Source: Leucoraja erinacea
Lineage: Eukaryota
Assembly: GCF_028641065.1 (NCBI RefSeq)
Contig: NC_073390.1
Span: 16,182,001-16,246,000, forward strand
Direction of reading: 5' to 3'
DNA length: 64,000 bases
Both the position numbers and the translations under genes were made by a program. The first letter of the stretch is position 1. Every line of letters begins with the position of its first letter. Positions 12,335 through 24,979 of the stretch are shown piece after piece. The notes below the pieces were generated by a model. It saw nothing but the letters and a program-made list of their open reading frames with translations, was not told the origin of the DNA and searched no databases.

Positions 12335-13259
12335 CTAGACCAAGTGCAGACCCGTTGGGTCTGTTCCCCCAACGTGCGGTTGTGGGGGGGGAGGCGGCAT
12401 GCAGCGTCACACACACTAACCCCCCCCCCCCCCCCCCGCACTCACGCGAATTACCCCCCTTGATATTAAATCAACATTATTAATTTGCTCACTTTACCCC
12501 ATAACCACCCTATCTACTGACGCATAGCCCCCAACTTGCAGTCACACCTAGAGGGGGGGGGGGCGGGGGTAGAGAGTGAGGGCAGAGAGAGAAGGGGCAG
12601 AGACAGAGAGAGAGACAGAGACACAGAGAGAGGGGCAAGAAGGAGAGGAGAAGAGGGAGGGTGGGTGAGGGGGGAAAGGAGGGAAAGAGAGAGAGGGTGA
12701 GGGGGAGAGAGAGGGAGGGGGTGATGTGGGGACCAGGGAGGAGGAGGTAGAGGGGAAGGAAGAGGGTAGGGGTAGGGGTGTGTGGAGGGGAGGGGGTTTA
12801 GGGGAGGGGAGGGAGGGAGGGTGGGGGAGGGGGAGGAGGGGAGAGAGAGAGGGGGAGGGGAGAGGAGAGGGGGTGAAGAGGGGGGGTGAAGAGAGTGTTT
12901 TAGAACCACTAAGGGCACTTACATTTGAGTAGACATGTGTTCAGTGTTATTCACAGCTCAGAGAAACGTGACCCTCTGCCTTCCTCCATCTTGAAGAGAC
13001 TGATTGGGGCACACCACTTCCTGGTTTTATAGACCCTCCCCCCTGCCGCCAGCGGGGGCAGTAGAGAGAATGGGGAATTTTTTTTAAATCATTAATATCT
13101 GTCATTTTTCATCGATGGGAAAAATCCTCGGCACACATACGGCGGAGGGGGGTTCTGAGCAAGGTGGCTAAAAATGACGGCCGTAGGTGGCGGCGTTCTC
13201 TCGGAAATTACAGCACAGAATGCCAAAACCGGTCAAGAACAGACTTTTAGTAATATAGA
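12335..13259 (-). mobile_element. Non-autonomous Helitron
   Basis: On the minus strand: host A | TCTATATTACTAAAAGTCT... ; subterminal hairpin CAGACCC-AAC-GGGTCTG (12347-12363); ...CTTGGTCTAG | host T. No TSD. Internal purine/pyrimidine-skewed low-complexity tract at 12550-12890. Confidence 0.85.
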
Positions 13260-13329
13260 TATGACAGAGTGGAGACCAATATAAAGTGAATGTGACAAAT
13301 GGTGTTAGTTCTGGCCAAAATCAGACTCA

Positions 13330-13925
13330 TCTGTCCACCCTTCCTTTAGAATTCTGTAGTTCTTGTTTTCTCCAGGACTACCTAGTTCACTCTTCTATCT
13401 CCATCAATGCTTACCTCCCTTCTCATGGCACTTTCTCATGCAACTATCTACAGGAAATATATTGCCCGTCATTTTACATCTTCCTTCCACACTGCCCAAA
13501 GACCTAAATATTACATTTGCATGATCCACAGCTATCCACTGGTATTTAGTACACCAATTTACTACATTCAGTGCTCACAATGTGATTACTTCTACATTGA
13601 AGAAAGCAAATGCAGATCAATGGAATGTTTTGAAGAACACCTCAGTTTAGTCTGCAGGGGTGTCTCTAAGATTCCAAGTTAATTTCTTCATCTGAGTCAT
13701 ACTCTGAGTCTCGACCTCTGGTGCCTTGTAAACCCAAGGAACAGGGGCTCATCTTCTGATGAAGCCCTCGGGCCCAAAGATCAAAGTAAAACATTCAGAT
13801 AACCAGCCTTTCAGTTTTTGTCAGAACTGACCTCTTCTGATAAAAAAGTATTCAAACTGAATGATACTGCCTGACCTGATGAGCATTTTCTGCATTTACT
13901 TCTGATCTTTAGCATCTGCAGAATC
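13330..13925 (+). mobile_element. Old degenerate Penelope-like element (GIY-YIG remnant)
   Basis: ORF 13407-13682 contains PIYYIQCSQCDYFYIEESKCRSMECFEEHL, which aligns with NLIYCIRCSRCQQIYIGETKRRLGDRFAEHL at 39373-39699. Followed by a decayed terminal repeat. Confidence 0.75.
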
Positions 13926-14569
13926 TACATTTTCTAGCTTTATGGTTACCCTTATTTCTAATTTGAAGTAACCCTTTCCAGTTGAAGCCTGCAATTGGAA
14001 ATTCCGGTAAAGGTCACCAAGAATATATGTAATCCAAAAACAAATTAAACCTGGATTTAAACAAATTCTGGGTATAAGCAAGCAATTATGATTGCACTCT
14101 CTGAAACCTGGGTAAGGAAGACTATTCTAGGTTAGTCAAAAGTGGGAAGAAGAGTAGGCGATTGAGCACCTCGAGCCTCTCTAAGATCCAAACTAATCAT
14201 GGCTAATCTGATATTCTTCATGGCCAGTTCCCTGCCCTTTCCCTACAATCCTTGATTCTCCAATTGAAGATTGATAATACTCTTGACCATAGCTTCTCCA
14301 CCATCAAATATGTGCTTCATTCAATCCCTCTTCCTCATTTTGGCAAATCAGACCACATGTATACAGATTGACTGAAGAGCACAGCTCCAAGGTGAGGTTT
14401 GCACAGAGCTGGTCAGGCGAAGCAAAGGAACATTGTTGTAACTGCTTGGTGTTGATAGATTGAGTGATGTTCAAGAACTGCTACAAATTTGAATCACTGT
14501 ATGTCATTGTCACTTGCGGGCAGAGCACCAAGGCAAATTCCTTGTTAGTGAATACTTGGCCAATAAACT

Positions 14570-14657
14570 CATTAATTAATTAATTATTCATTCATTCATT
14601 CGTTCATTCATATTCATTCATTCATATTCATTCATTCATATTCATTCATTCATTCAA
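14570..14657. repeat. (ATTC)n microsatellite within Rex1/Babar-like debris
   Basis: Visible imperfect ATTC runs. The adjacent ORF 14724-14945 has a KPWMNQEV motif of the kind seen in Rex1-type ORFs. Confidence 0.8.
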
Positions 14658-14935
14658 ATATGTCACAGTTGTAACTGAGTTAATCAGAAAATGTTTGGAG
14701 GCGTGTGATCCCACCAAGACAATATGAGTGTTCCCCAACAGAAGCCTTGGATGAACCAGGAGGTCGGCAATGTACTGAGCACGAGATCTAGGGCATTCTG
14801 GCAACACAAGAAGTCATTTAAGAAGTCCAGGTACAACCTTGACAAGGCCATCAAGGAAGTGAAGAGACACATTCAGTCTAAAGTAGAGGATCAATTGGAC
14901 TTTGGGCAGCTATGGCAGGACTTGCATGCCATTAA

Positions 14936-15238
14936 TTTAGTTTAGTTTAGTTTAGAGATACAGAGCGGAAACAGGCCCTTCTAGTCCATGCCGACTAGCG
15001 ACCCCCACACATTAACACTATCCTACACACACTAGGGACAATTTACACTTTAAACAAGCCAATGAACCTACAAACTTGTACGTCTTTGGAGTGTGGGAGG
15101 AACCCAAAGATCTTGGAGAAAACCCACACAGGTCACGGGGAGAAAGTACAATCTCCGTACAGACAGCTCCCGTAGTCGGGATTGAACCCGGGTCTTCGAC
15201 GCTGCAAGCGCTGTAAGGCAGAAGCTGTACTGCTGTGC
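14936..15238 (-). mobile_element. V-SINE (HE1-like)
   Basis: (TTTAG)n tail on the plus strand, V-domain-like centre, and a B-box-like GGTTCAATCCC on the minus strand. Confidence 0.85.
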
Positions 15239-16802
15239 ACAAGAGTGGAACTCACTATCAAAACATGGAGGGGGCGGGGGACACAATTTTTTGGAGACAC
15301 AAGAGACTGTAGATGCTGGAATGGTGAGCAAAAGGCAAACTACTGAAGGAACTCAGAGGATCAGGCAGCATTGTGATAGGTAATAGACAGACAATGTTTC
15401 AGTCTGATGAAGGTTCCTGACCTGAAACATCATCTGTTTATTCCTCCAGCAGTTTGTTTCTGCTCAAGATGAACAAATGGGGCAGTCAAGATAAGATTAG
15501 AAGGCACAAATGCTGGAGTAACTCAGCGTGTCAGGCAACATCTCTGGAGACCATGGATAGGCAAGGCTTCGGGTTAAGATCTTTCCTTAGCCCCTTCTTG
15601 TTTGTACAAGATAAGATTAAGCTTTTTTGTCTACATTATACATTGCTGATGTGGTTGTGTTGATTTACATTTGGGCCAGAAGATATATTGGCCTTTTGTT
15701 CATTAGTTTGCAAATACTATTTTTCTAGTGATGGTAATGAAATAATATATTTCCTCTTCTCCAACTTCCTGAATGGTCAGCCATGATCACATTGAATGGC
15801 GGTGCTGGCTCGAATGACTGAATGGCCTACTCCTGCACCTCTTATCTATTCCTCAATTAACATAAATGCTTTTGCAATTGAACATTCTCCAATTCACAAA
15901 GAAAGCAAGGAGACACTCTTCCCCCTGGCACACTTGCATCAGTTTGTAACCATGATTTAACTTATTCATTACTCAATAATTCTTAACATAACTTATTTAT
16001 CTCAGGCATGATATAGTGTTACTTGTTGCAGATACTGGTTCTAAACTCCAAGCAAGATAATGCTTTTCATTAGTTCCCTCACATTATCTAGCATATTATC
16101 TAGCACTGTGGGGTAACAATGAGGAAGGAGTACAATCCCACTATCAGTAGCTATTGGCAACACTGTGGGTAAATCATAAAATGGCAACATACGGTTGGAG
16201 CTCATGTCACAAAATCAACTGACACATTCTGTAGCTGCCAATGTTGCACTCAAGGAATGAGAGTGTTTATGCCACAGTATTTACACCTCTGCTTCACATA
16301 CAAACTATATATAACACAAAGTGTTGGAGTAACTCAGCAGGTCAGGAAGCATCTGTGGAGGGAATGGATAGATGACGTTTCAAGTCGGGACCCCTCGACA
16401 AAACATCCCCGCCGCAGATGCTGCCTGACCCCCTGAGTTACTCCAGCACTTGGAATTTTACTCAAGATTCCAGCATCTGCAGTGCCTTGTGTCTACAAAC
16501 TATTCATATTGTTATCACAGCCGAAGCACAACAAACTGACCACCAGAGAATAAACATTCAGCACTAAATACCTGCTCAAAAGCAGATGATGCCCATGGCC
16601 ATCACTGACCACAGCAAACAATTTTGACGTGTAAGAAAGAACTTCAGATGCTGGTTTAAATTGAAGGTAGGCACAAAATGCTAGAGGAACTCAGCTGGAT
16701 AGGTAGTATCTCTGGAGAGAAGGAATGGGTGATGAGTCGAGACCCTTCTTCAGACTTAAAACTATTTTAATGTATCTATGGACAAAGTTATTTTTGATTT
16801 CA

Positions 16803-17119
16803 GGGTGGCACCAGTGGCACAGCTGGTAGAGCTGCTGCTTCACAACGCCATGGACCAGGGTCCGATTCTGACCTTGTGTGCTGTCTGTGTGGAGTTTGCA
16901 CGTCCTCCCTGTAACCAAGTGGGTTTTCTCCAGGTGCTCCCGTTTCCCCCCACATCCCAAAGACGTGCAGGCTTGTAGGTTCATTGTCCCTCTGTAAATT
17001 GTCCCCAGTGTGTAGGGAGTGGATGAGAAAGGGGGATAACATCAAACTATTGTGAACCGAGTGATGGGTGGTCGGTGTGGCCGAAGAGGCTGGTTCTATG
17101 CTGTATCTCTAAACTAAAC
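16803..17119 (+). mobile_element. V-SINE (HE1-like)
   Basis: Head GGGTGGCACCAGTGGCACAGCTGGTAGAG, V domain GTGTGGAGTTTGCACGTCCTCCC, tail CTCTAAACTAAAC. Confidence 0.85.
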
Positions 17120-17232
17120 CAAAAATCACCAATTAATCATTTTTTTGTGTATACAGCTGAGCTGTTTTACAACTTCCCTATCTCACCTCCCCACCTCTGG
17201 AAAACCTTTTACGGCCAGATCTGAACAATTCC

Positions 17233-17634
17233 NNNNNNNNNNNNNNNNNNNNNNNNNNNNNNNNNNNNNNNNNNNNNNNNNNNNNNNNNNNNNNNNNNNN
17301 NNNNNNNNNNNNNNNNNNNNNNNNNNNNNNNNNNNNNNNNNNNNNNNNNNNNNNNNNNNNNNNNNNNNNNNNNNNNNNNNNNNNNNNNNNNNNNNNNNNN
17401 NNNNNNNNNNNNNNNNNNNNNNNNNNNNNNNNNNNNNNNNNNNNNNNNNNNNNNNNNNNNNNNNNNNNNNNNNNNNNNNNNNNNNNNNNNNNNNNNNNNN
17501 NNNNNNNNNNNNNNNNNNNNNNNNNNNNNNNNNNNNNNNNNNNNNNNNNNNNNNNNNNNNNNNNNNNNNNNNNNNNNNNNNNNNNNNNNNNNNNNNNNNN
17601 NNNNNNNNNNNNNNNNNNNNNNNNNNNNNNNNNN
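17233..17634. other. Assembly gap (402 N)
   Basis: Run of N in SLC9A9 intron 1, next to the GC-rich region. Confidence 0.99.
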
Positions 17635-17977
17635 AGCGGACAGAAGCAGCGCCTGCGAGACTCTGTGAAGCGGTGCCGAGAGCTGTTTATTTGCAGACTC
17701 CTGAGCACATCGAGAGGGAAGGAAAGGAGCTCCACTGGCTCCGTTTGGCCATTTCCTCTGTTGCAACCCGACGGCTGACAGAATGCGGGTTAGAGGAGAG
17801 CTACTTTATAACAGGGCTCCAGACTCCGCACGCTGGGAGACCACAAACACGTTTACTTCTCTCACTTGTACACCCGCTTCTTTCTACTCAGCGCGGAGAG
17901 TGGAGGCGTTTCAAGCTGCTGACATTTGACACGTTAACTTAAGACTGTCCCCCGTCCCCCCCCCCCCCCCCCCTCAC

Positions 17978-18158
17978 CGTAAAACATCGACCCTCCGGTC
18001 TCGTGCAGAAAGCGGACCCTCCGGTGTTTGAACAGAAAAATGGTCAAGATGGTGAGAATGAGTAAAAAGTTAAATATCAACAGTTGCACCGAATCCTGGC
18101 GATGACTTTCTGCGGCGCTGTGGCCCGAGGTGGACTTTGTCTCAAGGTGGAGCACCAT
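17978..18158 (-). CDS. SLC9A9: Sodium/hydrogen exchanger 9 (NHE9), coding exon 1 (181 bp coding)
   Basis: ATG in strong context (tcaagtATGG). Encodes [60 protein letters not shown]. Donor TACG|gtgag at 17977. [11 protein letters not shown] and HETGG are NHE9-type signatures. Confidence 0.93.
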
Positions 18159-18548
18159 ACTTGAACGGATGGTCCTGTCCAGGCGGGCGGGCGGATTGAG
18201 AGCTTTATCCGAGCGGGTCGGCAGCGCCGATTCCGAGCTGAATTTCGGACGATTGACAGACAGTCTCCGGGGCTGCAATTTGAGCGAAATGTCAGCGATG
18301 ACACCGGGCTGGGAATTGGCTGGGGGGGAAGATGCTTTTGGCTGACGTTCTGGCGGGGCTGCAATGGAGCAAATTGCCAGGAAGGTTTGCGGGTGAGAAA
18401 TTGGGCGGACACGCAGCTCCAGCCCCGCTGCTCCAGCCCGTCCGCGGATCCGCTCCGTTAGATCATCTGCTGGCTGGCGATCGCCGCGCTGCGCGTTGGG
18501 ATCTGCAGTCTCGCTATTCCGTCTCCTCTCGCCAACATGACAGCGGCA

Positions 18549-18573
18549 GGACTACATCTCCCAAAGTGCCCGG
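18549..18573 (+). promoter_or_regulatory. ZNF143 (SBS)/THAP11-type motif GGACTACATCTCCCAAAGTGCCCGG
   Basis: Matches the vertebrate promoter consensus ACTACAnnTCCCAnnnTGC, about 390 bp upstream of the SLC9A9 ATG. An ATF/CREB-like TCACGTCA lies at 18639-18646. Confidence 0.75.
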
Positions 18574-21424
18574 CGCCACGCCTCCCAGCCCCTTTCAGCT
18601 GCGCTTCATTACTCCATCCGCAACACCCTGGTGCCTCTTCACGTCAACTTGCTTTCCACTTCTTTCATTCTGACTGTTCCCTGGTCACTTAATCTCCGGG
18701 CAGCCGGGCACCCAACATCATTTTTGTGCCAGAGTCTACATCAGGTGTCACATCTGCCTTACAACAGAAAATGATGGAAATACTCAGCGTTGGACGACAT
18801 CTGTGGACATTTGGGAGTGGGGCACTCGGACGCACAAGACCACTCTGCGATTTAATATAATCATGTGCGATCTAAATGCACCCACATCCTGTTGAGTTGT
18901 TCTCGGTAAACTTGAATTACATTGCACGGTGGAAATGTGTCTAATGCTGCCGTAACAAGGTTCAAAGTTCCTACCTCCACCCTTTGGGAGAATAATAATA
19001 TCTCATCATTCTCTTACGCTGATGCACGTTATATTTCTCATAGAATCATAGCTTTGTACAGCATGGAAACAGGCCAATCGACCTTGTCCATGCTGAGCTT
19101 AGGGCTGCTGCTGCGCTGAGCTCAGACAGCAGTTGCAGAACAGAAGATAAGACACAAACTGCTGCAGTAACTCAGTGGGCCAGGCAGAAACTGGAGAACA
19201 AGAATATGTGACATTTCAGGTCGAGACCCTTCTTCAGACTTTTGCAGAACGGGATGTAAGACCACCTCCGCATTGCAAAGCCATTCTTTCTCAAAGCGTT
19301 CAACTCTTTGCACTTAATATGTTTGAAATATCTATGCCAGGTGCATCTAATTTCAGGGGAGCATTTTACTAGGAAGGCATCATACACATTTAGTTTTACA
19401 TGTTCAGCAACTGTAACACTGAATTCGGTAGTGACGATAAATTAAGGCAATTAACATATCGTCAAGACTGATTACAATGTATTACACTTATTAGAGTGAC
19501 CTGAGTGGACTAAATTGTCAACAAAGAAATTGACACAAAGGCATGTAATACATCAATAACAAAATAGCAACATCAACAACAAGTTCCAATTCGACATTAT
19601 AGTTGGTATATGACTGGATACCATTAACTCGGTGGTAACCATCTGTATTCAGTTGTTTTTTTGAGCTCTATCAATATGCCTTATCCTTTACAATGATAAT
19701 CCATGAGGCCCATTGTAAAGACTGGATTTCCTCTTACCCATTGTCACCATTGTACCACAAATTATCTCTTTTGACTTTCCTTTTTTCCAAGGCCTTCAAC
19801 TCAGAAGAATGATCTAGTTTGTCCTATTGCACTATTTTGTGTCCATTAAGTCATAAGAGTCTTACAGCATGGAAACTTCAGCCCAACTTGCCCACACCAA
19901 TCAATATGCCCCATTTGCACTAGTCCCACCTGCCTGCATTTGGCCCATATTCCTCTAAATCTAACCTACCCATGTACCTGTCTAAATGTTTCTTAAATGT
20001 TGCAATAGTCCCTGCCTCAACTATCTCCTCCGGCAGCTGTTGAAGTTATTAAGTTGAATGCCTGCTGTTACCTCCTCCAGAGCTTTGGAACCATCTCCCC
20101 TTTGCTATGCCATTTGTTCTTCAAAGCATCTAACTCAGTTTGCACTTAATTCTGTCGATTCAACAATTCTGTGAATTCCTGACATTGAACTTTCCCCCAG
20201 AACATGAGCAGTCTCAACTTCTCTGTCTGCGTTGACTCTGTCAGACCTTCTCAGCATGCTTGTATAGCCTACAGGTCTTTAGAACCTTTTTGCAAACTCA
20301 TGCTGCTAAGCATGTTACAGATTCTTCATCTTAAATGGCTGCACTTGAGTTTTGCGGTTAATCCTCTTGTTCTGAAACAGTCAAGTCATTGTTAAAGTGA
20401 CACACTTCACTTGGGCTGCTCATTACAGACTGTCTCCACCCAAATAGCAATTGCCATAAATCAATGACTGTCGATAAATGAAAATTTAAAAACCACAGAT
20501 GCTGGAACCTTGAAATGAGCAGAGAAAATACATAAAAATTCAGTGGGCCAGTGAGCATTTGAGGAAAGGGAAACAGAGTTACCTGTTTCAATCCATAGGC
20601 TAAATGTCTTTGACCCAAAATGTTAACTCTATTTCACTTTCCACTGATACTATCTGACTGAAGTATCTGTGCGACAAATGCTGTCTGAAGAAGGGTCCGA
20701 CCCAAAACGCGATGTTCCCCAGAGATGCTGCCTGACCTGCTGAGTTACCCCAGCACTTGGCACTATGCAAACCAGCCCTTGTACTTTCTCGTTTCTTCTA
20801 TCTGACCCGCTGAATGTTTCAGCCTGTACTGTTGAAGAATGCCTTCACGTACTTTTTATGTCTCACCAGAAATATACCCTTTGTAAATATTGAAGAGCGT
20901 GGATTGATGCCTGAGATTTTTGTTTCAATACAGGCAACAAAAGGTTTCCCACTTCCACCTATATCCTTCTCTGATTCCATCTCACTACTTTTACTTCTGA
21001 CATCGTTTGTCTCCTTTTCATCTCTAGTTTTGTCCACCTATCTGCCAATCTAACCCCCCTCAACTGTATCCACCCATCACAAGAGGCTCTCACCTCTTTA
21101 CTCAGCTTTCTTTCCCCATTACAATCAGCCTGAATAAGGGTCCCAACCTGAAACATCACTTCCACATCTCCCTCCACACTCATTGCCCGGCCTGCTGAGT
21201 TACAATAATACTTTGCGTTTCCGGATTGTTGGTTGAACCTTTTAGATTAGTGCACCTCTAATTAAACACTGTATCACCATCAAACACATTGCAGATCACA
21301 CTTTAGGAGTTTTGTTTTTATTTACTCATTGAATTAAAACATACTAATACGATTATCATATACTGTCAGTCTCTAGTTGCCTTTCAGAAGGTGGTAATGA
21401 GCCATTTCTTTGAATTTCTGCAGT

Positions 21425-21932
21425 TCTTAGAGCCATAGTCATACCTCATGGACACCGGCCCTTTAGCCTAACTTGCCCATGCCAACCAATGTGTCCATCT
21501 ACCCTAATCCCACTTGCGTGTGTTTGGCCCATATCCATCTAAATCTCTCCTATCCATGCACATGTCCAAATGTTTTTTAAACGTTATGTTAGTATCGGCC
21601 TCAATTACCTCCTACAGCAGCTCATTCATATACCTATGTGTGTAAAAATGTTGCCCCTCCGATTTCTATTAAATCTTTATCCCTCACCGTAAACCTATGT
21701 CCTCTGGTTCTTGATTCCTCTTCTCTATGTAAAAGACTGTGCATTTACCCTATCTATTCCTCGCATGATCTTATACACCTCTATAAGATCACCCTTCATC
21801 CTCCTTCAGTCCAAGTACTAAAATCCTAGCCAGCTCAACCTCTCCCTGTAATCCCACCCTCGATTCACGACGACATCATTGTTAATCTTCTCTGCACCCC
21901 TTCTAGCTTAACATCTTTCTTATAACATGGTG
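21425..21932 (-). mobile_element. 5'-truncated CR1 fragment
   Basis: 3' part of ORF2 plus 3' UTR, similar to copies at 19855-20035, 32425-33340 and 46740-47335. Confidence 0.75.
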
Positions 21933-23126
21933 ACCTTCTGGTGAAGATGCATGCACAGTGCTATTGGGCATGCATTTTCAGAATATGGACCCAGTGATAA
22001 TGAAAGGCAGTGATATATCTTTAAGTCAGGATGTTGTGTGACTTGGAGAGGGACATGCAGGCACTGGGACTGGTGATGTGGGACTTTAGTCCAACGGAGC
22101 AGCGAGAAGACAACGTGACCCAGATGGTGGAGGATCCTGGATGATAGATGCTGCCATCTTGAGGTATAATAATAATAATAATGGATGGGATTTATATAGC
22201 GCCTTTCTAGATACTCGCAGGTGCTTTTGATGGAGGAGAAGGCTGTGGCCATGATGGACTAAGCTGAGTCCTCCACTTTCTGCAGCCTCCTCTTAGGTTT
22301 CTGTGGATTGGAATTGCCATACCAGACATGATACTTTCCACAGTGCATCTGGAGAAGCTTGTTAGCTTATCCAGTGACATGCCAAATCTTTTGAAACATC
22401 TGTGAAAGTAGAGGTACTGGCGTGCTTCCTTCCTGATTATGTCAATGTGCCGGACCAGGACAGGACACCTATAAATTTGCCACTGCTCATTCCATCGGCT
22501 GCTAACCAACCAGTGAAATTAGTACGTGGTCTCCAGACATCCTATGCTCCCTTGTTTATTATATTGTTTAGAATATACTATGTTTGCATATTGTGTTGTG
22601 CTGCTGCAAGTAAGAATTTCATTGTTCTATCTGGAACATATGACAATAAAACACTCTTGACTCTCTTGACTTTCTTGGTCAACAATAGTTCTTGATGATG
22701 TTGCACGAGGGGTTGTTGTTGTGGCACTGCTCAAGCAGATGTTCCAGCTCTTTGTATGCTGACTCCTCACCACAAAGGAGAGAATTAGTCAATGGATAGA
22801 GTCAAAGAACTATGCAATGATTCAAACTGAATACCCATAGGTGCCAGATTTGGCAGAGTGCAGGAATCTCAGAGGGTTGCAGAGCTAGAAATAATTTACA
22901 AGAGAGCCAATGGTGTGATTATGAAAATAAGGATAAACATCTTAAACTCAATGTTGGAGGACGTCTCAGTGTCTATAGGCAGCCGGGTGAACAGAACTAC
23001 ACATAATGTCAACAATGACATGTAGAACTTGACATAAGTTACTATTTGAGAAGCAAAGTTCAGAATAATGCAGCAGAACACACAACGCGAGGAAGGCAAA
23101 CATGCAAATCATTTAAATATATCAAT

Positions 23127-23136
23127 TTTATTTATT
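23127..23136 (-). terminator. Polyadenylation signal (overlapping AATAAATAAA) of the 131-aa gene
   Basis: Two overlapping AATAAA on the minus strand, followed by a GT/T-rich downstream element (GCATGTTTGCCTTCCTCGCGTTGTGTGTTCTG). It ends about 1.2 kb of repeat-poor sequence after the stop at 24310. Confidence 0.6.
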
Positions 23137-24309
23137 TTAAACAATGGGAAGCTACATATAAATTATTTAGTATTTTATCAGGATCAACTGTTAGACCAAA
23201 TTTGATTTGATTGCACTTGAAGAATACAGAAACATTCAAAATTTCTTTTCAATTGAAGTTCAGGACTCATCCCTTAAAAGGAATCATTTTGCAGCAGTTC
23301 ATTCATTTTTAAAATACGATGTGACCAAAATAAAATCAGGAGATGTATCATGTTGAGGATTCATTTAAATTGATTCTGGCAGGTCATCATACTAAAGTGA
23401 GGCTATTTTCTACATTTCAATACAGTTGCAATTGTGTGAATGCTTACACCCACTGGGTTTGAAAACACCCACACATAAAAGCTTGGTCATGAAGCCCAAC
23501 CAAAAGCCTGCCAGAGAGGTGGATGAATTTCCATCAGTTTCAGGCTGCAGATTAGTTCATATAGAACAAAACAGATAGCAACTAAGCGACCATCTATAAT
23601 CCGGACTCTTCCACCTTTATAGTTGATGGAGCATGGGTGGAGAAAGGCAGCCGAGTAGAATGAACTAAAATTGTTTGCAGAGATGCCATGTTCTGTTCAC
23701 TGTGTGGAAGATACTGTGTTCATTGATAGAAGATGAATGCCATGTTTATAACAGAACACTATTCAACATTGTCTCATGAGTCTGGGACCATACTGCAAAT
23801 ATTTAAAGTGACAATTCAATATGCTTAAACTTCGTAGTTTGCATACGCCCAAATCATTCAGTTTAAATACATATCATTATCATTAATTATTGGCAGGTTT
23901 TGGAAATAGCTTAGCTGTTGATTATAGGTGGAGATTAATTTCTAATGTTTTCATTTGTCACAGGTAACAATGTCTCATTTTCTCATGTGTTTCCAACTTT
24001 AAAGTCTTTGAAGGATTCCCACGTCTCGTCAAACAAATTTGCGAGTCGATGACGACACCAACCCATCCTTACTGATGCGTAGTAGAATTAAAATAAAAAG
24101 TGATGCCATGCTGAAGCGACATTAAAAACATTCATACAATTATATATTGCACTTTTTTCCCCCTCATATGTGGCAGCAAAACCATGCTGAGGTTATTCAT
24201 GATTAAGTACAGAGCTGGCAGACCAGCTAAGGTTTCAATTTCTTTTTCCCCCAGGAGTATACATATCTATTGCAAACATACAAACTGGGCTGCCAGAGGA
24301 TCTACACTT

Positions 24310-24514
24310 TCACCATTCAATAGACCCAGGTTGTGAAGTCAGTTCGACAAAATCTTCATTGTAGTTTACTGGCACTGACAACACTATGTGGATCTTGAAG
24401 TTAACGACATTCAGTTCCTTATATTCGTCCAATTTGCTTTTCAGCTCTGATCGATCTTTCACAGCCTCTGCTCTCTCCTGTCCATCAGACGACTTGTGGC
24501 AAAAATATAAAGCC
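24310..24514 (-). CDS. Unidentified 131-aa protein, terminal coding exon
   Basis: Acceptor gtaacaatttttttactttatgcag|G, then 67 stop-free codons ALYFCHKSSDGQERAEAVKDRSELKSKLDEYKELNVVNFKIHIVLSVPVNYNEDFVELTSQPGSIEW-TGA. The leading G completes the AG left by the exon at 32003. Confidence 0.72.
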
Positions 24515-24979
24515 CTGCATAAAGTAAAAAAATTGTTACACTTCCTTCAGTTAAAGTATTCTGTTCTACATAAAAAGGACCTTTATTTGCTTCCTTGTGG
24601 AGATGGTAACAGTTCATTCCAGCTGGCAAGCCTGTTATGTTCACTTCTGGCACATCATTTAGGAATTCTGAAAATTCTGAAAATATGCACAATAATCTGC
24701 AGTAAACATTTGGTTCCATACAGCATGGTTAATGCAACAAAAACAAAAACAAATGTGTTGGAAGGAACTGCAGATACTGATTTATCCCAAAGATAGACAC
24801 AAAATGCTGGAGTAACTCAGTGGGTCAGGCAGCATCTTTGGAGAAATGGAATAGGTGATGTTTCGTGTCCGAACCATTCTTCAGACTCAATATAATATAA
24901 CACCAAAAGTATAATACTTTTCTACACTTACCAGATAGCATTGCATCAGTGGGCTGTTACAAAAAAAGAAATTGGCATA

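Larger units (their letters stand above)
17635..18720 (-). promoter_or_regulatory. CpG island / SLC9A9 promoter and 5' UTR
   Basis: GC- and CpG-rich non-repeat sequence surrounding the first coding exon, against an AT-rich, CpG-poor background. Confidence 0.8.

Noticed and set aside
12514-12932. Pro/Ser-rich and Gly/Glu-rich ORFs
   Set aside because: Translations of a low-complexity tract inside a Helitron.
17145-17942. Long ORFs of 185-265 aa
   Set aside because: Artefacts of translating through the N gap.
17934-18278. ORF-track start (TTG) and poly-Gly C-terminus for SLC9A9 exon 1
   Set aside because: The ATG at 18158 has a strong Kozak context and gives an NHE9-like length. Sequence past 17978 is intron, after the gtgag donor.
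24386-24796. ORF-track entries 24386-24796 (+) and 24459-24719 (-)
   Set aside because: One is antisense to, and the other in a different frame from, the splice-supported exon 24514-24310. Neither has independent support.
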